Source of the DNA: a phage
Reading direction: 5' to 3' (one strand)
Length of the DNA stretch: 64,000 bases
NCBI GenBank assembly: GCA_033580375.1
Contig: GCA_033580375.1_4527.1
This document shows, piece by piece, positions 28,445 to 37,431 of this stretch. A model generated the notes under the pieces. The model had not been told where the DNA came from and made no database searches. It was given only the letters and a program-made list of their open reading frames with translations. Positions within the stretch are counted from its first letter, which is position 1. Every line of letters begins with the position of its first letter. Both the position numbers and the translations under genes were made by a program.

Positions 28445-28939
28445 TTAATTAAGGATATTAACCACAGCACTACGTGGAACTACACTAAAATCACCTGCAT
28501 GAACAACGTTCAGAAGTTCAACACCGTCTTCAATCCACTGGTCAGTTACCCATCCATTTACTGGATAAGCGAACGGGCGTCGAATTGAAACATATTTACA
28601 CAGCAAATCAGTAGGCTCAATAGGCTTAATCAGAGTACCGTACATACAAGCGATATCCATATCAATACAGACGTCTTTAACGGGTTCTACTTCTTCAATC
28701 AACAGTTCAAAGTCGGTGCTTGGAAGGGCGGTAGTAGAAATTGTATCGTATGAATTTTTAATTTCTAAGAATAACCAAGGGCCTTCAGCTTGTTTGATGA
28801 AGTTAACAATAGTGAAACTATTACCTTGAGTGGCACCTAAAATTTCACAAAACTTTTCGTAAGCTCGCACTGAAGCACTGTACCAGTTGATTTGTTTTTC
28901 GTCTTTCAGGATGTAAGTAGCCGTAGTATTGATATTCAT
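28445..28939 (-). CDS. hypothetical protein, paralog family member 3 (C-terminal module only)
   Basis: 164 aa; C-terminus WVTDQWIEDGVELLNVVHAGDFSVVP matches the family motif. Confidence 0.5.
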   Translation of the reverse strand: MNINTTATYILKDEKQINWYSASVRAYEKFCEILGATQGNSFTIVNFIKQAEGPWLFLEIKNSYDTISTTALPSTDFELLIEEVEPVKDVCIDMDIACMYGTLIKPIEPTDLLCKYVSIRRPFAYPVNGWVTDQWIEDGVELLNVVHAGDFSVVPRSAVVNILN

Positions 28940-28970
28940 AATGTTTTTCCTGTTTGGTTAAGATAGAAAG

Positions 28971-29000
28971 ATTATACTCCAACCATCCTTGGTTGTAAAC
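28971..29000 (-). promoter_or_regulatory. T4 early-type promoter (GTTTACA-18-TATAAT, minus strand)
   Basis: Minus strand: GTTTACAaccaaggatggttggagTATAAT; spacer nearly identical to promoter at 28413-28442. Confidence 0.6.
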
Positions 29001-29005
29001 TGATT

Positions 29006-29683
29006 TTATCGCTGTTTTACACTTAACGGGTCAGGATTCTCAGGGACATCTTCAAGACCAAGCGCATAACGCTGAGCATATTTTAACATCAAAATATCTT
29101 TAGCACAATCATGAATACTATCATGGGCAACGAATCCTTTTAGCGTACCCATCGGTAATGGACACATACTTAATCCTCGTGTCAACGAGTAAGCTTCGAT
29201 TGCCGTACGAATATCGCGTTGAGCCCAGAATTTAACCGGTTCTAATTTATCAGTATCAATATCTGGTTCAAGAACACCTTCATCACGATAGAGGTCACGA
29301 ATCAAATCGACCAAGATCGGGAAGTCAAAGCTCATACCACGGCACCACATTTGTGATTTCCATTGGTCAACTTTATTAGCTCGACAATAATCTAAAAAGA
29401 TTTTAATGCCTTCAAGCGTAGTGACATCGTCTTCAGACGGGGCCAGGTTTTTACGTGCTTCTGCCGATTGTTCTTTCCACCATTTCATAGTGGATTTAGC
29501 GAAAACTCGCTTCCCTTTTTGAGAAGCTAAATTAAATTTAATTCGCTTACCTCGTTGAACAAGTTCTTCGAATGTTTCAACAATTTCAGGGTCGGAATTA
29601 TATGCAATAACCGCAAGGTCAATAACAGCCGCTTTTGATGTATTGCCGAATGTTTCAAAATCTATAATAACATCAGTGCTCAT
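29006..29683 (-). CDS. dexA: Exonuclease A (DnaQ-like 3'-5' exonuclease) DexA
   Basis: 225 aa (T4 DexA 227 aa); N-terminal IIDFETFG exonuclease motif I; position next to dda. Confidence 0.8.
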   Translation of the reverse strand: MSTDVIIDFETFGNTSKAAVIDLAVIAYNSDPEIVETFEELVQRGKRIKFNLASQKGKRVFAKSTMKWWKEQSAEARKNLAPSEDDVTTLEGIKIFLDYCRANKVDQWKSQMWCRGMSFDFPILVDLIRDLYRDEGVLEPDIDTDKLEPVKFWAQRDIRTAIEAYSLTRGLSMCPLPMGTLKGFVAHDSIHDCAKDILMLKYAQRYALGLEDVPENPDPLSVKQR

Positions 29684-29692
29684 AATTTTCTC

Positions 29693-31006
29693 TCAAATAA
29701 AATGGACGTCAAAACGACCACGAGTTGTGCCGACATACAATAGTTGTTTAGCTAATTCTGAATCGGCATAATGGATACACGGTGTATAAACAAAGGCCGT
29801 GTCAACAGACATACCCTGAGCCTTATGGAAGGTTGATACTGGTAGTGCCTTCACCTTAGTGAACATACGTTTAGCATCCCAGAATTCACTCCATGGAGCT
29901 TTACCACCTTTATTCCAGAATTTGTATGTTTCTGCGGTCTTAGCCAAAAACAAATTGAATTTATAAAGCTCTTCTTCGGAAGAAATAACCTTTATATCCT
30001 CGCGGACGTATTCTTCATCATCCCCATATGTTTCTACTGTAAGATTCCAGTATCGTATCATATATTCGCCTGAAACACCACGTGCTTTAACGAATGTAGA
30101 CGTTTCTACAGCATCTCGAATACGAACGAATTGCCCGTTATTGAAAAGCATTTCGGTCATATTTTTGCCATCTAGCTTATATGTCTTAGTAAATGGCTCT
30201 TGTAGAACAATGACCTCGTCTTTAATAAATGGTTTTTCTGTTTCAAGAAGTTTTCGGCGAATAATTGAATTCAACTTGTCAACCGACTTATTTGTGAATG
30301 CCATCATTCGATTTTCGAAAAGGTCTTCAGGAGTTTTAACGACATTAAAATAGTTCATCATATACGATTTAAGGTCTGTATATCCATGAACACCATGTCC
30401 GTCAACTACTTTATCATAAATCCATTTGCCATTACGAATATCAGTCGCAACATCAATAATTGGTGCATTGCTACGTTTAACTTCTGTAAGGTTGCATTGC
30501 ACGAAGTCTTTGTGAGTGAAGAAAGGACTTAGATACGCAGTGGATTCGCCTGGGTCTACAGGTCGAATCTGACATCGGTCACCAATTCCAATTACTGTGC
30601 ACCATTTAGGGATACTAGCTAACATTATTTTAAACAGAGAACGGTCACACATTGATGCTTCATCAAATAACAGTACACGACACAAGGCTAAGTCGGGAAC
30701 CTTTTTCTGTTCAAACAATACGTTTTCTTCGTATGTGGTTGGGTTGATTTTAAGAATGCTATGAATGGTTGATGCTTCTTGTCCGGCAAGTTTGCTTAGA
30801 ACCTTTTTAGCAGCGTGTGTTGGTGCTGCTAAAATAATACCTGATTCTCCAGAAGAAATAAGGGCTTCAACGATGAATCTAGTAAGGGTTGTTTTACCTG
30901 TACCAGCAGGCCCATTAATAGTTACATGATGTTTCTTTTCTTTAATAGCGTTCATAACAACGTTGAAGGCGTTTTTCTGGCCGTCAGTCAAATCATCAAA
31001 TGTCAT
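29693..31006 (-). CDS. dda: SF1B DNA helicase Dda
   Basis: 437 aa (T4 Dda 439 aa); MTFDDLT.GQKNAF, Walker A GPAGTGKTT, helicase motifs. Confidence 0.9.
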   Translation of the reverse strand: MTFDDLTDGQKNAFNVVMNAIKEKKHHVTINGPAGTGKTTLTRFIVEALISSGESGIILAAPTHAAKKVLSKLAGQEASTIHSILKINPTTYEENVLFEQKKVPDLALCRVLLFDEASMCDRSLFKIMLASIPKWCTVIGIGDRCQIRPVDPGESTAYLSPFFTHKDFVQCNLTEVKRSNAPIIDVATDIRNGKWIYDKVVDGHGVHGYTDLKSYMMNYFNVVKTPEDLFENRMMAFTNKSVDKLNSIIRRKLLETEKPFIKDEVIVLQEPFTKTYKLDGKNMTEMLFNNGQFVRIRDAVETSTFVKARGVSGEYMIRYWNLTVETYGDDEEYVREDIKVISSEEELYKFNLFLAKTAETYKFWNKGGKAPWSEFWDAKRMFTKVKALPVSTFHKAQGMSVDTAFVYTPCIHYADSELAKQLLYVGTTRGRFDVHFI

Positions 31007-31314
31007 CGTAAAGTCCCTGCAATTGGAATACTAACAATACGGCCTGTGTCCAGGATTCGTTGATATAATCTTTGCGTCTCCGCATCTAGTTTAATGTGTT
31101 TCATTTCAAGCTTATTAAACCAGAACTTACGCGGAGTTTCGACCATTCTTAGAACTCCCATTTTTAAATCTGTTTTATACTGTGTTTTCAAAGTATCGAA
31201 AACTTTATCTGCAATATCCTTTCTAAAAAATACTGCAGGACGATGCTCATCAAGTGGAACCGGGACAGTAAATCCTTCCATATCTCGATAAACTATTGCA
31301 TATACATAAACCAT
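31003..31314 (-). CDS. hypothetical protein (dda.1 position)
   Basis: 103-aa track ORF overlapping dda start by 4 nt. Confidence 0.45.
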   Translation of the reverse strand: MVYVYAIVYRDMEGFTVPVPLDEHRPAVFFRKDIADKVFDTLKTQYKTDLKMGVLRMVETPRKFWFNKLEMKHIKLDAETQRLYQRILDTGRIVSIPIAGTLR

Positions 31315-31316
31315 AA

Positions 31317-32063
31317 TTAACCTTTAATTAGTTGGAATAATGATGCGCTAAGTGGTAAGCCACGTTTCAATTTTAATTTACCAATGAAACCAATCTTTTC
31401 AAAACGTTGCAAACCTTGGATAACTTTATCATATGTATCGAAAAGCGATTCAGCGTCAGTTAATTTAGTTTTAGTTTTCCAGTCAGAGCCTTTAAGAAGA
31501 ACGTTGAGTTTAGTAAGTTCATGGCCTTCTGCTTGATGTGAGCCATTAATGCGTGCCTTCAAAGCAACAATTCTAAGTTTAGATTCGTTAGATAAAGGTT
31601 GATTTTTCATCATGTTAGCCATATGCTTAACACGATTTTCACGTTTTGCTCGGATTTTTAAAATAGTACCATAAACCTTTTTAATTTGGGCCCATTTCTT
31701 CTCATCAAGATTAAGTTTCTCTACTTTACGGACAGAAGGATTAGCGATACGTCTTGCAATGGCATCACGTTTCTCAATAAGTTCTTCTAATGTTAAATCA
31801 GAACGAGCCGTGTTATATTTTTTCTTAACTGGGATAACATTACCTTTAATGTAGCCGATATCGTTATCAAAACGTTCTAAGGATAATTTCTCACCTTCAA
31901 CAGAGTTATTGAAAGATTCACCTGAGTAAGCGCAGACCTTTTGATCAAGAATGTTTTTAAGGTAATTAAAGTCTAAGTTAAAATCCTTAGAGCGTCTCTT
32001 CGCAGAAGCTCTGGTGTGGTCAAGACGACGATTGATTTTGTTAATTTTATTATTTGATAACAT
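31317..32063 (-). CDS. hypothetical basic protein (Srd-like by position and size)
   Basis: 248 aa, lysine/arginine rich; T4 srd lies after dda.1. Positional guess. Confidence 0.35.
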   Translation of the reverse strand: MLSNNKINKINRRLDHTRASAKRRSKDFNLDFNYLKNILDQKVCAYSGESFNNSVEGEKLSLERFDNDIGYIKGNVIPVKKKYNTARSDLTLEELIEKRDAIARRIANPSVRKVEKLNLDEKKWAQIKKVYGTILKIRAKRENRVKHMANMMKNQPLSNESKLRIVALKARINGSHQAEGHELTKLNVLLKGSDWKTKTKLTDAESLFDTYDKVIQGLQRFEKIGFIGKLKLKRGLPLSASLFQLIKG

Positions 32064-32215
32064 AATATTTTCCTCTGTCTTACGGACGTTAGGTCATTTA
32101 GCTGATAAGCTTATAATATCATGCCCTCAGGCAGTGTACACTCTTTTTTCATAAAATGCTTTAATTTTTTATGTGTTATAATGGTTCTGAGTTCCATCCG
32201 GTTATTCCAATCCAG

Positions 32216-32824
32216 TCAGTAACTGACAATAGTCAGATTCCAGATTGTATAATTTCCGTCTTGAATAATAGAATCTACACGCAGTGTAGTCCCTATAGGG
32301 AGCATAAATTCACATTCGTCAGATATAAGTCTAGCATTAGACCGTCTTGTCGCTTCAGGGAAAGCTCCATTGAACTCACAAGACGGCGCAGCCAGAATCA
32401 TATTAAGCATATGTTCACGGAAGTTGAAAGCAAATGGTGCATCTTTGATGCAGAACATATTAAATGTTCCGTAAAAATTATACGAAGCGAAGTTACGTGC
32501 TACACCGAACACCGGGCTGAAGCTCATTACTCTATCAAATTTAATAATACTACCAACGCCTTTATCATCAAGTGTGGCCATAGTTTTCTTAGAGATTCCA
32601 CGATACATTGTCTCAGGAACAGAAGACGACCAATTTCTACGAACAATTGCACTTAAATCTTGTTGGATGCTATCAGGCTTGTTTTCCATACACTGCCATA
32701 GTACACTTTGTTCAATGTCGCTGAATTGCTCATCGATTTTGTACTGAAGCATATCTTGATAATCTGGACATTGAGCACGTCGAACCATTTCCTCAATTTC
32801 ACATTCATTATACGGCATAAACAT
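32216..32824 (-). CDS. ADP-ribosyltransferase (ModA/ModB-like)
   Basis: 202 aa; R-S-E triad motifs visible: MYRGIS (Arg), MSFSPV (S-x-S), SDECEFMLP (catalytic Glu-x-Glu); position matches T4 modA/modB. Confidence 0.65.
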   Translation of the reverse strand: MFMPYNECEIEEMVRRAQCPDYQDMLQYKIDEQFSDIEQSVLWQCMENKPDSIQQDLSAIVRRNWSSSVPETMYRGISKKTMATLDDKGVGSIIKFDRVMSFSPVFGVARNFASYNFYGTFNMFCIKDAPFAFNFREHMLNMILAAPSCEFNGAFPEATRRSNARLISDECEFMLPIGTTLRVDSIIQDGNYTIWNLTIVSY

Positions 32825-33232
32825 TTTGGTTTCTCCTATGGTTGATAAAGGTATAGTATCATCATCGGAAGAGTTTGTACACTAAAAATTCAACATTTTC
32901 AAATGAATGATTTTGTATAATCGAGATAAAGGGATATATTCTAAGTCTTCAATTTCCACAATCTCAAATCTAGAGATACTTGAGACCATGTACTCTTATT
33001 CAGATTGACATGTCATGATAGACCTCCATTTAAAGATAAGCCTATCATAACACGAAAGGAGGGAATGTAAACTACTTTTTAAGCTTTCCTACTAAAGGAC
33101 CGTCAGGCCCAGGTTGTTCTAACATGAATGGTGATGCTTTAAGAAGCAATGCCAACCCTTTCACCATTCGATACCATATCTCAAAGTCCTTTTTCTTGGT
33201 TTCCACTAAGAATTGCTCTTTCAAATGCTCTT

Positions 33233-33421
33233 TCATTTCCAAGGACTCCACGGTGGTGGGTCGTCATAATAAGAGGCTAGGTCTTTCAGGACTTCTAATG
33301 GTAAACTAAAACCATGACGTTGTATAATACTATCAATTTCATTGACAAGTTCACCACGTTGTTCTTTAGGAGCCTTGACTTCAGGCTCATCAAACATACT
33401 CATCAAGTCCATATTATTCAC
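33233..33421 (-). CDS. hypothetical protein
   Basis: 62-aa track ORF. Confidence 0.35.
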   Translation of the reverse strand: MNNMDLMSMFDEPEVKAPKEQRGELVNEIDSIIQRHGFSLPLEVLKDLASYYDDPPPWSPWK

Positions 33422-33878
33422 CGAGATAAAAACTAGCCGGTTCAGAGAATGTTTCTAGTGCTACACCTTTTGTCTTAAAAAATTTCCAAATAGCTCGTTG
33501 CAAATGGATTAAATCTGCTAATGATGTAATAAAGTATTTTTTGGCAAAATACTTATGGTCTCGCTTTTCAAACAGGTCTAAACGCTTTTCAGGATTCACA
33601 TAAACAGCATTTTCTGTAGATTCGTACCCTAAATCCTTTATGCCTTCTTCAAGACTAAATGGAGAATTTTTAGAATGAGTAATAGCTCCAACTCGCTCTA
33701 CACGAATTTTGTAACCTTTAGGAATCTGCAATTTACAGAATTCTTCTACGATATATTGCGGATTATTTAGACTTTTGTTAATGAGAATAGCTATTTCTAG
33801 TGGAGTCTTATCTTCTACTGGTATATGTTTAAATGACTTGGCTTCAAGCAAATACATTTTAAATAACATAGCATCCAT
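33414..33878 (-). CDS. hypothetical protein
   Basis: 154-aa track ORF. Confidence 0.45.
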   Translation of the reverse strand: MDAMLFKMYLLEAKSFKHIPVEDKTPLEIAILINKSLNNPQYIVEEFCKLQIPKGYKIRVERVGAITHSKNSPFSLEEGIKDLGYESTENAVYVNPEKRLDLFEKRDHKYFAKKYFITSLADLIHLQRAIWKFFKTKGVALETFSEPASFYLGE

Positions 33879-34053
33879 TATAATTTCCTCAATGGTTCAC
33901 CCATATAAAGTTTTACAATACGTTCGCCTTCATCTTCGACGAGCTTTTCTTCATGTTTCTGGAGTTCTTTGACCATTTTCTCTTCAAAAACATCTAACCA
34001 ATCTTCTGGACCGACACCATCATTCAAGCTTTTAAACCATTTTACTATTCTGT

Positions 34054-34302
34054 TCATTCACAGCTCCCTGAGCTTGAACTACAATCAGAATCACTTGTCC
34101 CAGAATCACCAGGCCAAGACGATACGTATGAATGATTATAACTTGAAGAGCTTGAAGCATTAACCTGTTTTGTTTTTGGACGAATAATTTCTTCCATCAT
34201 TCCGTCACCGATATATTCCCAACTTTTTTCATGTGTATCAGGAATAGGCATCATCCCCTCGCCTGGTTTAGCAGCAAACAACTTCTTCAGCATCGTAAGC
34301 AT
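34054..34302 (-). CDS. hypothetical protein with Ser-rich C-terminus (start at internal ATG after RBS GAGGAA)
   Basis: Track ORF 34054..34377 trimmed to the ATG that follows the stop of the upstream ORF. Confidence 0.35.
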   Translation of the reverse strand: MLTMLKKLFAAKPGEGMMPIPDTHEKSWEYIGDGMMEEIIRPKTKQVNASSSSSYNHSYVSSWPGDSGTSDSDCSSSSGSCE

Positions 34303-34495
34303 TAATTGTTCCTCGAACAAAACGAACACCACCATCATCCCAACGGATTTCGGCATTAAATTTGACGTCTTCACCATCCATCATGAATGAGTGTACGACT
34401 ACATCATCGTAATATCCAAGACCGTATTTCAACGAAACTTCTTGAGCAATCAAAGCACCTAATGTGTTATTAGGTTTAATCCAACGATTTAACAT
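34268..34495 (-). CDS. hypothetical protein
   Basis: 75-aa track ORF preceded by early-promoter-like GTTTACA-17-TAAGAT. Confidence 0.4.
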   Translation of the reverse strand: MLNRWIKPNNTLGALIAQEVSLKYGLGYYDDVVVHSFMMDGEDVKFNAEIRWDDGGVRFVRGTINAYDAEEVVCC

Positions 34496-34560
34496 ATTGT
34501 TCTCCTCTTGAGTAAGTAAGAATATCTTAACATAGTTTTTAGTGGTTGTAAACTCTAGAA

Positions 34561-34587
34561 ACGAAAAAAGGAATCCCGAAGGATTCC
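34561..34587 (-). terminator. Intrinsic terminator (GGAAUCC-UUCG-GGAUUCC + U6, minus strand) downstream of soc
   Basis: 7-bp perfect stem, UUCG loop, followed by TTTTTTCG on minus strand. Confidence 0.6.
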
Positions 34588-34596
34588 TTAAATTAT

Positions 34597-34833
34597 TTAA
34601 CCACTTACTGGTGTAGGGGTAAACATTGTAGCGTTCTTAGTACGCCAATCTTCTGCGCTTGACACTACCGTAGTGTAAGCAGCTTTTTCAGATGGGAAAG
34701 TCTGATAATGAGCATCAGCAATTCGGTGCTCATTTGAGTAAATCTCAAACGGAACCGAAACTTCCATACCTTTAACTTCTTTGCCTTCACCAGCAGGATG
34801 CGTAAAGGTTTTGATGTTTACATAACCACCCAT
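34597..34833 (-). CDS. soc: Small outer capsid protein Soc
   Basis: 78 aa; GYVNIKTF...HYQTFPSEKAAY.TV matches remembered T4 Soc. Confidence 0.85.
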   Translation of the reverse strand: MGGYVNIKTFTHPAGEGKEVKGMEVSVPFEIYSNEHRIADAHYQTFPSEKAAYTTVVSSAEDWRTKNATMFTPTPVSG

Positions 34834-34864
34834 AATTAACTCCTTTGTTGTTTAATTACAGGTG

Positions 34865-34872
34865 TATTTATA
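34865..34872 (-). promoter_or_regulatory. T4-type late promoter (TATAAATA on minus strand) upstream of soc
   Basis: Minus strand TATAAATA about 30 nt upstream of soc ATG. Confidence 0.5.
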
Positions 34873-34878
34873 ACTTAA

Positions 34879-35415
34879 TTAGTACCCATTATCCTGACGT
34901 TCAAAGTTGTGTTGGTTTTTCAAGTAGTAAAGTTTAAAGATTTCTTCAGCCGAAAGACCTAGACCCTGGAACATATTTAGAACGAAATGCAGAATATCAA
35001 TCATTTCAAATTTAATTTCAAGTTGGTCTTCAGGAGACAGTTCATCGATACGACGATTTCGATATTCAGCATGTTGTGCTTTCCAAGGCTTCCATACACT
35101 GCTGGCAGCTTTTTCACCATTGCTCATACCACCAAGTGAAGTCAGCAGTTCACGGAATTCATCATCAATATAATCTTTCTGATTACGCAGCCAATCAACA
35201 ACATCGCCAGCAGTGACCAATTCATCAGGATGTTTGTTATGTTCAGGCTTGTCATTTGCCAGACGAACCTGTAAAGATTTCTGCATATCAAGCATTACCT
35301 GCAGTGGGTCTTTATCTTCGTGAATCAGAGCATTAAAATAAGCTTCTTCTGCTTTATCAACACCAGAAATAAGTTGTGAACATTCATTAAAGTGTGCCAT
35401 TATTTTTCCTTTCAA
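34879..35415 (-). CDS. 56: dCTPase/dCTP pyrophosphatase gp56 (MazG-like)
   Basis: 178 aa (T4 gp56 171 aa); position between soc and primase. Confidence 0.8.
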   Translation of the reverse strand: MKGKIMAHFNECSQLISGVDKAEEAYFNALIHEDKDPLQVMLDMQKSLQVRLANDKPEHNKHPDELVTAGDVVDWLRNQKDYIDDEFRELLTSLGGMSNGEKAASSVWKPWKAQHAEYRNRRIDELSPEDQLEIKFEMIDILHFVLNMFQGLGLSAEEIFKLYYLKNQHNFERQDNGY

Positions 35416-35489
35416 TTCAGTATAAGAGAGTTAATTCTAACATTAATTTTATAAAGCGTAATAAATAATAAGGTAACTAAGGAGATATT

Positions 35490-35687
35490 ATGTTTAAACT
35501 TCCATCGTTAATCAATGCTATTAAAGGCAATAAAAAGAAAACTGCTATCGCTGCAATAGTTGTAGGTGGCATTATTTCATGGAACTTCGGTATCGCACCG
35601 GTGTTAGTTGCTAATGGTATTATAGTTCCTTCTGTTCCGTTGGATACTGTTGTTGACCTAGCTTTTGCTGTTATAGGGCTAGTCTAA
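35490..35687 (+). CDS. small hydrophobic protein on opposite strand (candidate membrane peptide)
   Basis: 65-aa plus-strand ORF with strong RBS (AAGGAG, 7 nt spacing) in a minus-strand block; predicted hydrophobic helices; 3' end overlaps primase stop by 4 nt. Confidence 0.35.
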   Translation: MFKLPSLINAIKGNKKKTAIAAIVVGGIISWNFGIAPVLVANGIIVPSVPLDTVVDLAFAVIGLV

Positions 35688-36718
35688 ATTTTAGAATACC
35701 GAGATAATCTCATTTTAGCATGCAACCCACTTGAAATATTCTGTTTCATATATTCTAAAATTTCTTGTGGTGTTGCATTTTCTTTCATTACCATATCATT
35801 CACATCCTTTGATCTCCATGGAGCTCTATCCCAGAACATGACACGTTCGCCTGCATCAACTAATCGCTTCATACGAGCTATAGTATCCGGATGCCTAGGT
35901 TCATTATCCATTACCCATACCCGACGTTCTTTAAATGGTACCACATCTAAATCTATTGAGCCGCCTGTAATAGCGATTGCATTAGGTATGAATAAACTAT
36001 CAATAGGGCCTTCCATTACCCAGACGTCTCCTTCCTTAACACGTTCAACACCATAAATTTTTGTTGCGGACTCAAAAGCTTTAATAGTGATATATTTTTG
36101 AGGAGCATCTTTGCGAAGTGCACGTCCTTGAAATGACTCGGCCTTCCCGTCTTTATTAAAAATAGGAATCACTAAACGCGGTTCGGGAATCTCTTTCTTA
36201 TACGTACCAGGTTGAATCTTGTTGACCAATTTAGGCCATTCTAATGTGAACCATAATCTGTTCCACGATTCTTTAGGAATACACCGAGACTTAACATATT
36301 TCACAATAGGATGCTCTTCAGGCAACTTGTCCAGACGAGAACAAGACGGCAAAGAATTTATAGTCTTTTTCTCCGGTTCTGGTTTATGTTCAGGAACCTT
36401 TTCGATCTTTGGTTCCATTCTAGCTTTTTCTTTACGAACTTCCATTAGATATTCGCGATAAAGCTCTTCGTCATACTCTTTTAAGTATCCAGAAATCGTA
36501 TTATGATATTGGCAGTTATAGCAATGCACATTACCTGGAGTACCGCCATAATACCATCCGCGGGCTTTCATTGCATCTGTCTGAGAGTCGCCACAAACTG
36601 GACAACGAAACGTTAATTTAAATGTGCTTGAATTATTGATTTGTCTAAAACGAGGTAGGTGAGAAAACGCACGATAAGCAAATTCATTATCTATCCATTC
36701 AGCCATAGTATTCTCCAA
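35684..36718 (-). CDS. 61: DNA primase gp61
   Basis: 344 aa (T4 gp61 342 aa); zinc ribbon CPVCGDS...CYNC and TOPRIM motifs (VMEGPIDSLF, VWVMDNEPRH); N-terminus WIDNEFAYRA matches T4. Confidence 0.9.
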   Translation of the reverse strand: MENTMAEWIDNEFAYRAFSHLPRFRQINNSSTFKLTFRCPVCGDSQTDAMKARGWYYGGTPGNVHCYNCQYHNTISGYLKEYDEELYREYLMEVRKEKARMEPKIEKVPEHKPEPEKKTINSLPSCSRLDKLPEEHPIVKYVKSRCIPKESWNRLWFTLEWPKLVNKIQPGTYKKEIPEPRLVIPIFNKDGKAESFQGRALRKDAPQKYITIKAFESATKIYGVERVKEGDVWVMEGPIDSLFIPNAIAITGGSIDLDVVPFKERRVWVMDNEPRHPDTIARMKRLVDAGERVMFWDRAPWRSKDVNDMVMKENATPQEILEYMKQNISSGLHAKMRLSRYSKI

Positions 36719-36745
36719 AGGCCTTAAATTAATAAGGCCATCATA

Positions 36746-37240
36746 TCACAACTTATTGATATTTACTTTAATTCGCTTTCTTTTCTTGTAAGGAATTTGT
36801 TCTGGACCTTTATTTACGACTGCACCTGTAGTTGTTCCTGATGCAATAGCTTGAGGGCTGCCACCTGAATCACCGGCCACCATATCCTCAAATAAAGGGA
36901 GTTCTTTAAATATTTCTTTCTGTTGTTCTTCAGTAATGTTATAGCGTGAAGCTACAGCACTCCAAGCAGACATCATTGAGGCCATTCCATTAAGACCCGG
37001 AACAGTGCTCATCATTCGCTTCATTGAACGAACTGAAGCATGAAAAGGTGTATAAGCCGCTTTCTCTTCAGGAGTAGAAGGACGTTTAAGAACACTTCCA
37101 CGTTCGTCGATTATTTTGGCTTCGTACGCTTTCCATTCTGTAAAAGGTTTTTGCATTAGTCGAATAAACTTATATGCATAAACTGAATCTATTGCAGTGT
37201 TAATAATACCCATAGGTACCTCCTGAGTATATTTAATCAA
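36746..37240 (-). CDS. hypothetical protein
   Basis: 164-aa track ORF. Confidence 0.45.
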   Translation of the reverse strand: MIKYTQEVPMGIINTAIDSVYAYKFIRLMQKPFTEWKAYEAKIIDERGSVLKRPSTPEEKAAYTPFHASVRSMKRMMSTVPGLNGMASMMSAWSAVASRYNITEEQQKEIFKELPLFEDMVAGDSGGSPQAIASGTTTGAVVNKGPEQIPYKKRKRIKVNINKL

Positions 37241-37430
37241 TCACAAAGATCGCTTTATCGCCGTTCGCATCTGTGACTTCATATGTAGTGTCTTCATAGT
37301 GTGGAATATTCCAAATTACACCATCATTAGCTTTTACGCTAATATGACATTGGTGTTTTGAAACAACTTCATAATCTTCAAAACTTGTAAAAACACTAAT
37401 TTTAGAACCAGTGCAAATTGCAGTAGTCAT
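37233..37430 (-). CDS. hypothetical protein
   Basis: 65-aa track ORF. Confidence 0.35.
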   Translation of the reverse strand: MTTAICTGSKISVFTSFEDYEVVSKHQCHISVKANDGVIWNIPHYEDTTYEVTDANGDKAIFVID

Positions 37431-37431
37431 T

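Noticed and set aside
32171-32656. 161-aa plus-strand ORF overlapping the Mod ADP-ribosyltransferase gene
   Set aside because: Antisense to a gene with clear catalytic motifs; Cys/Arg/His-rich translation typical of noise.
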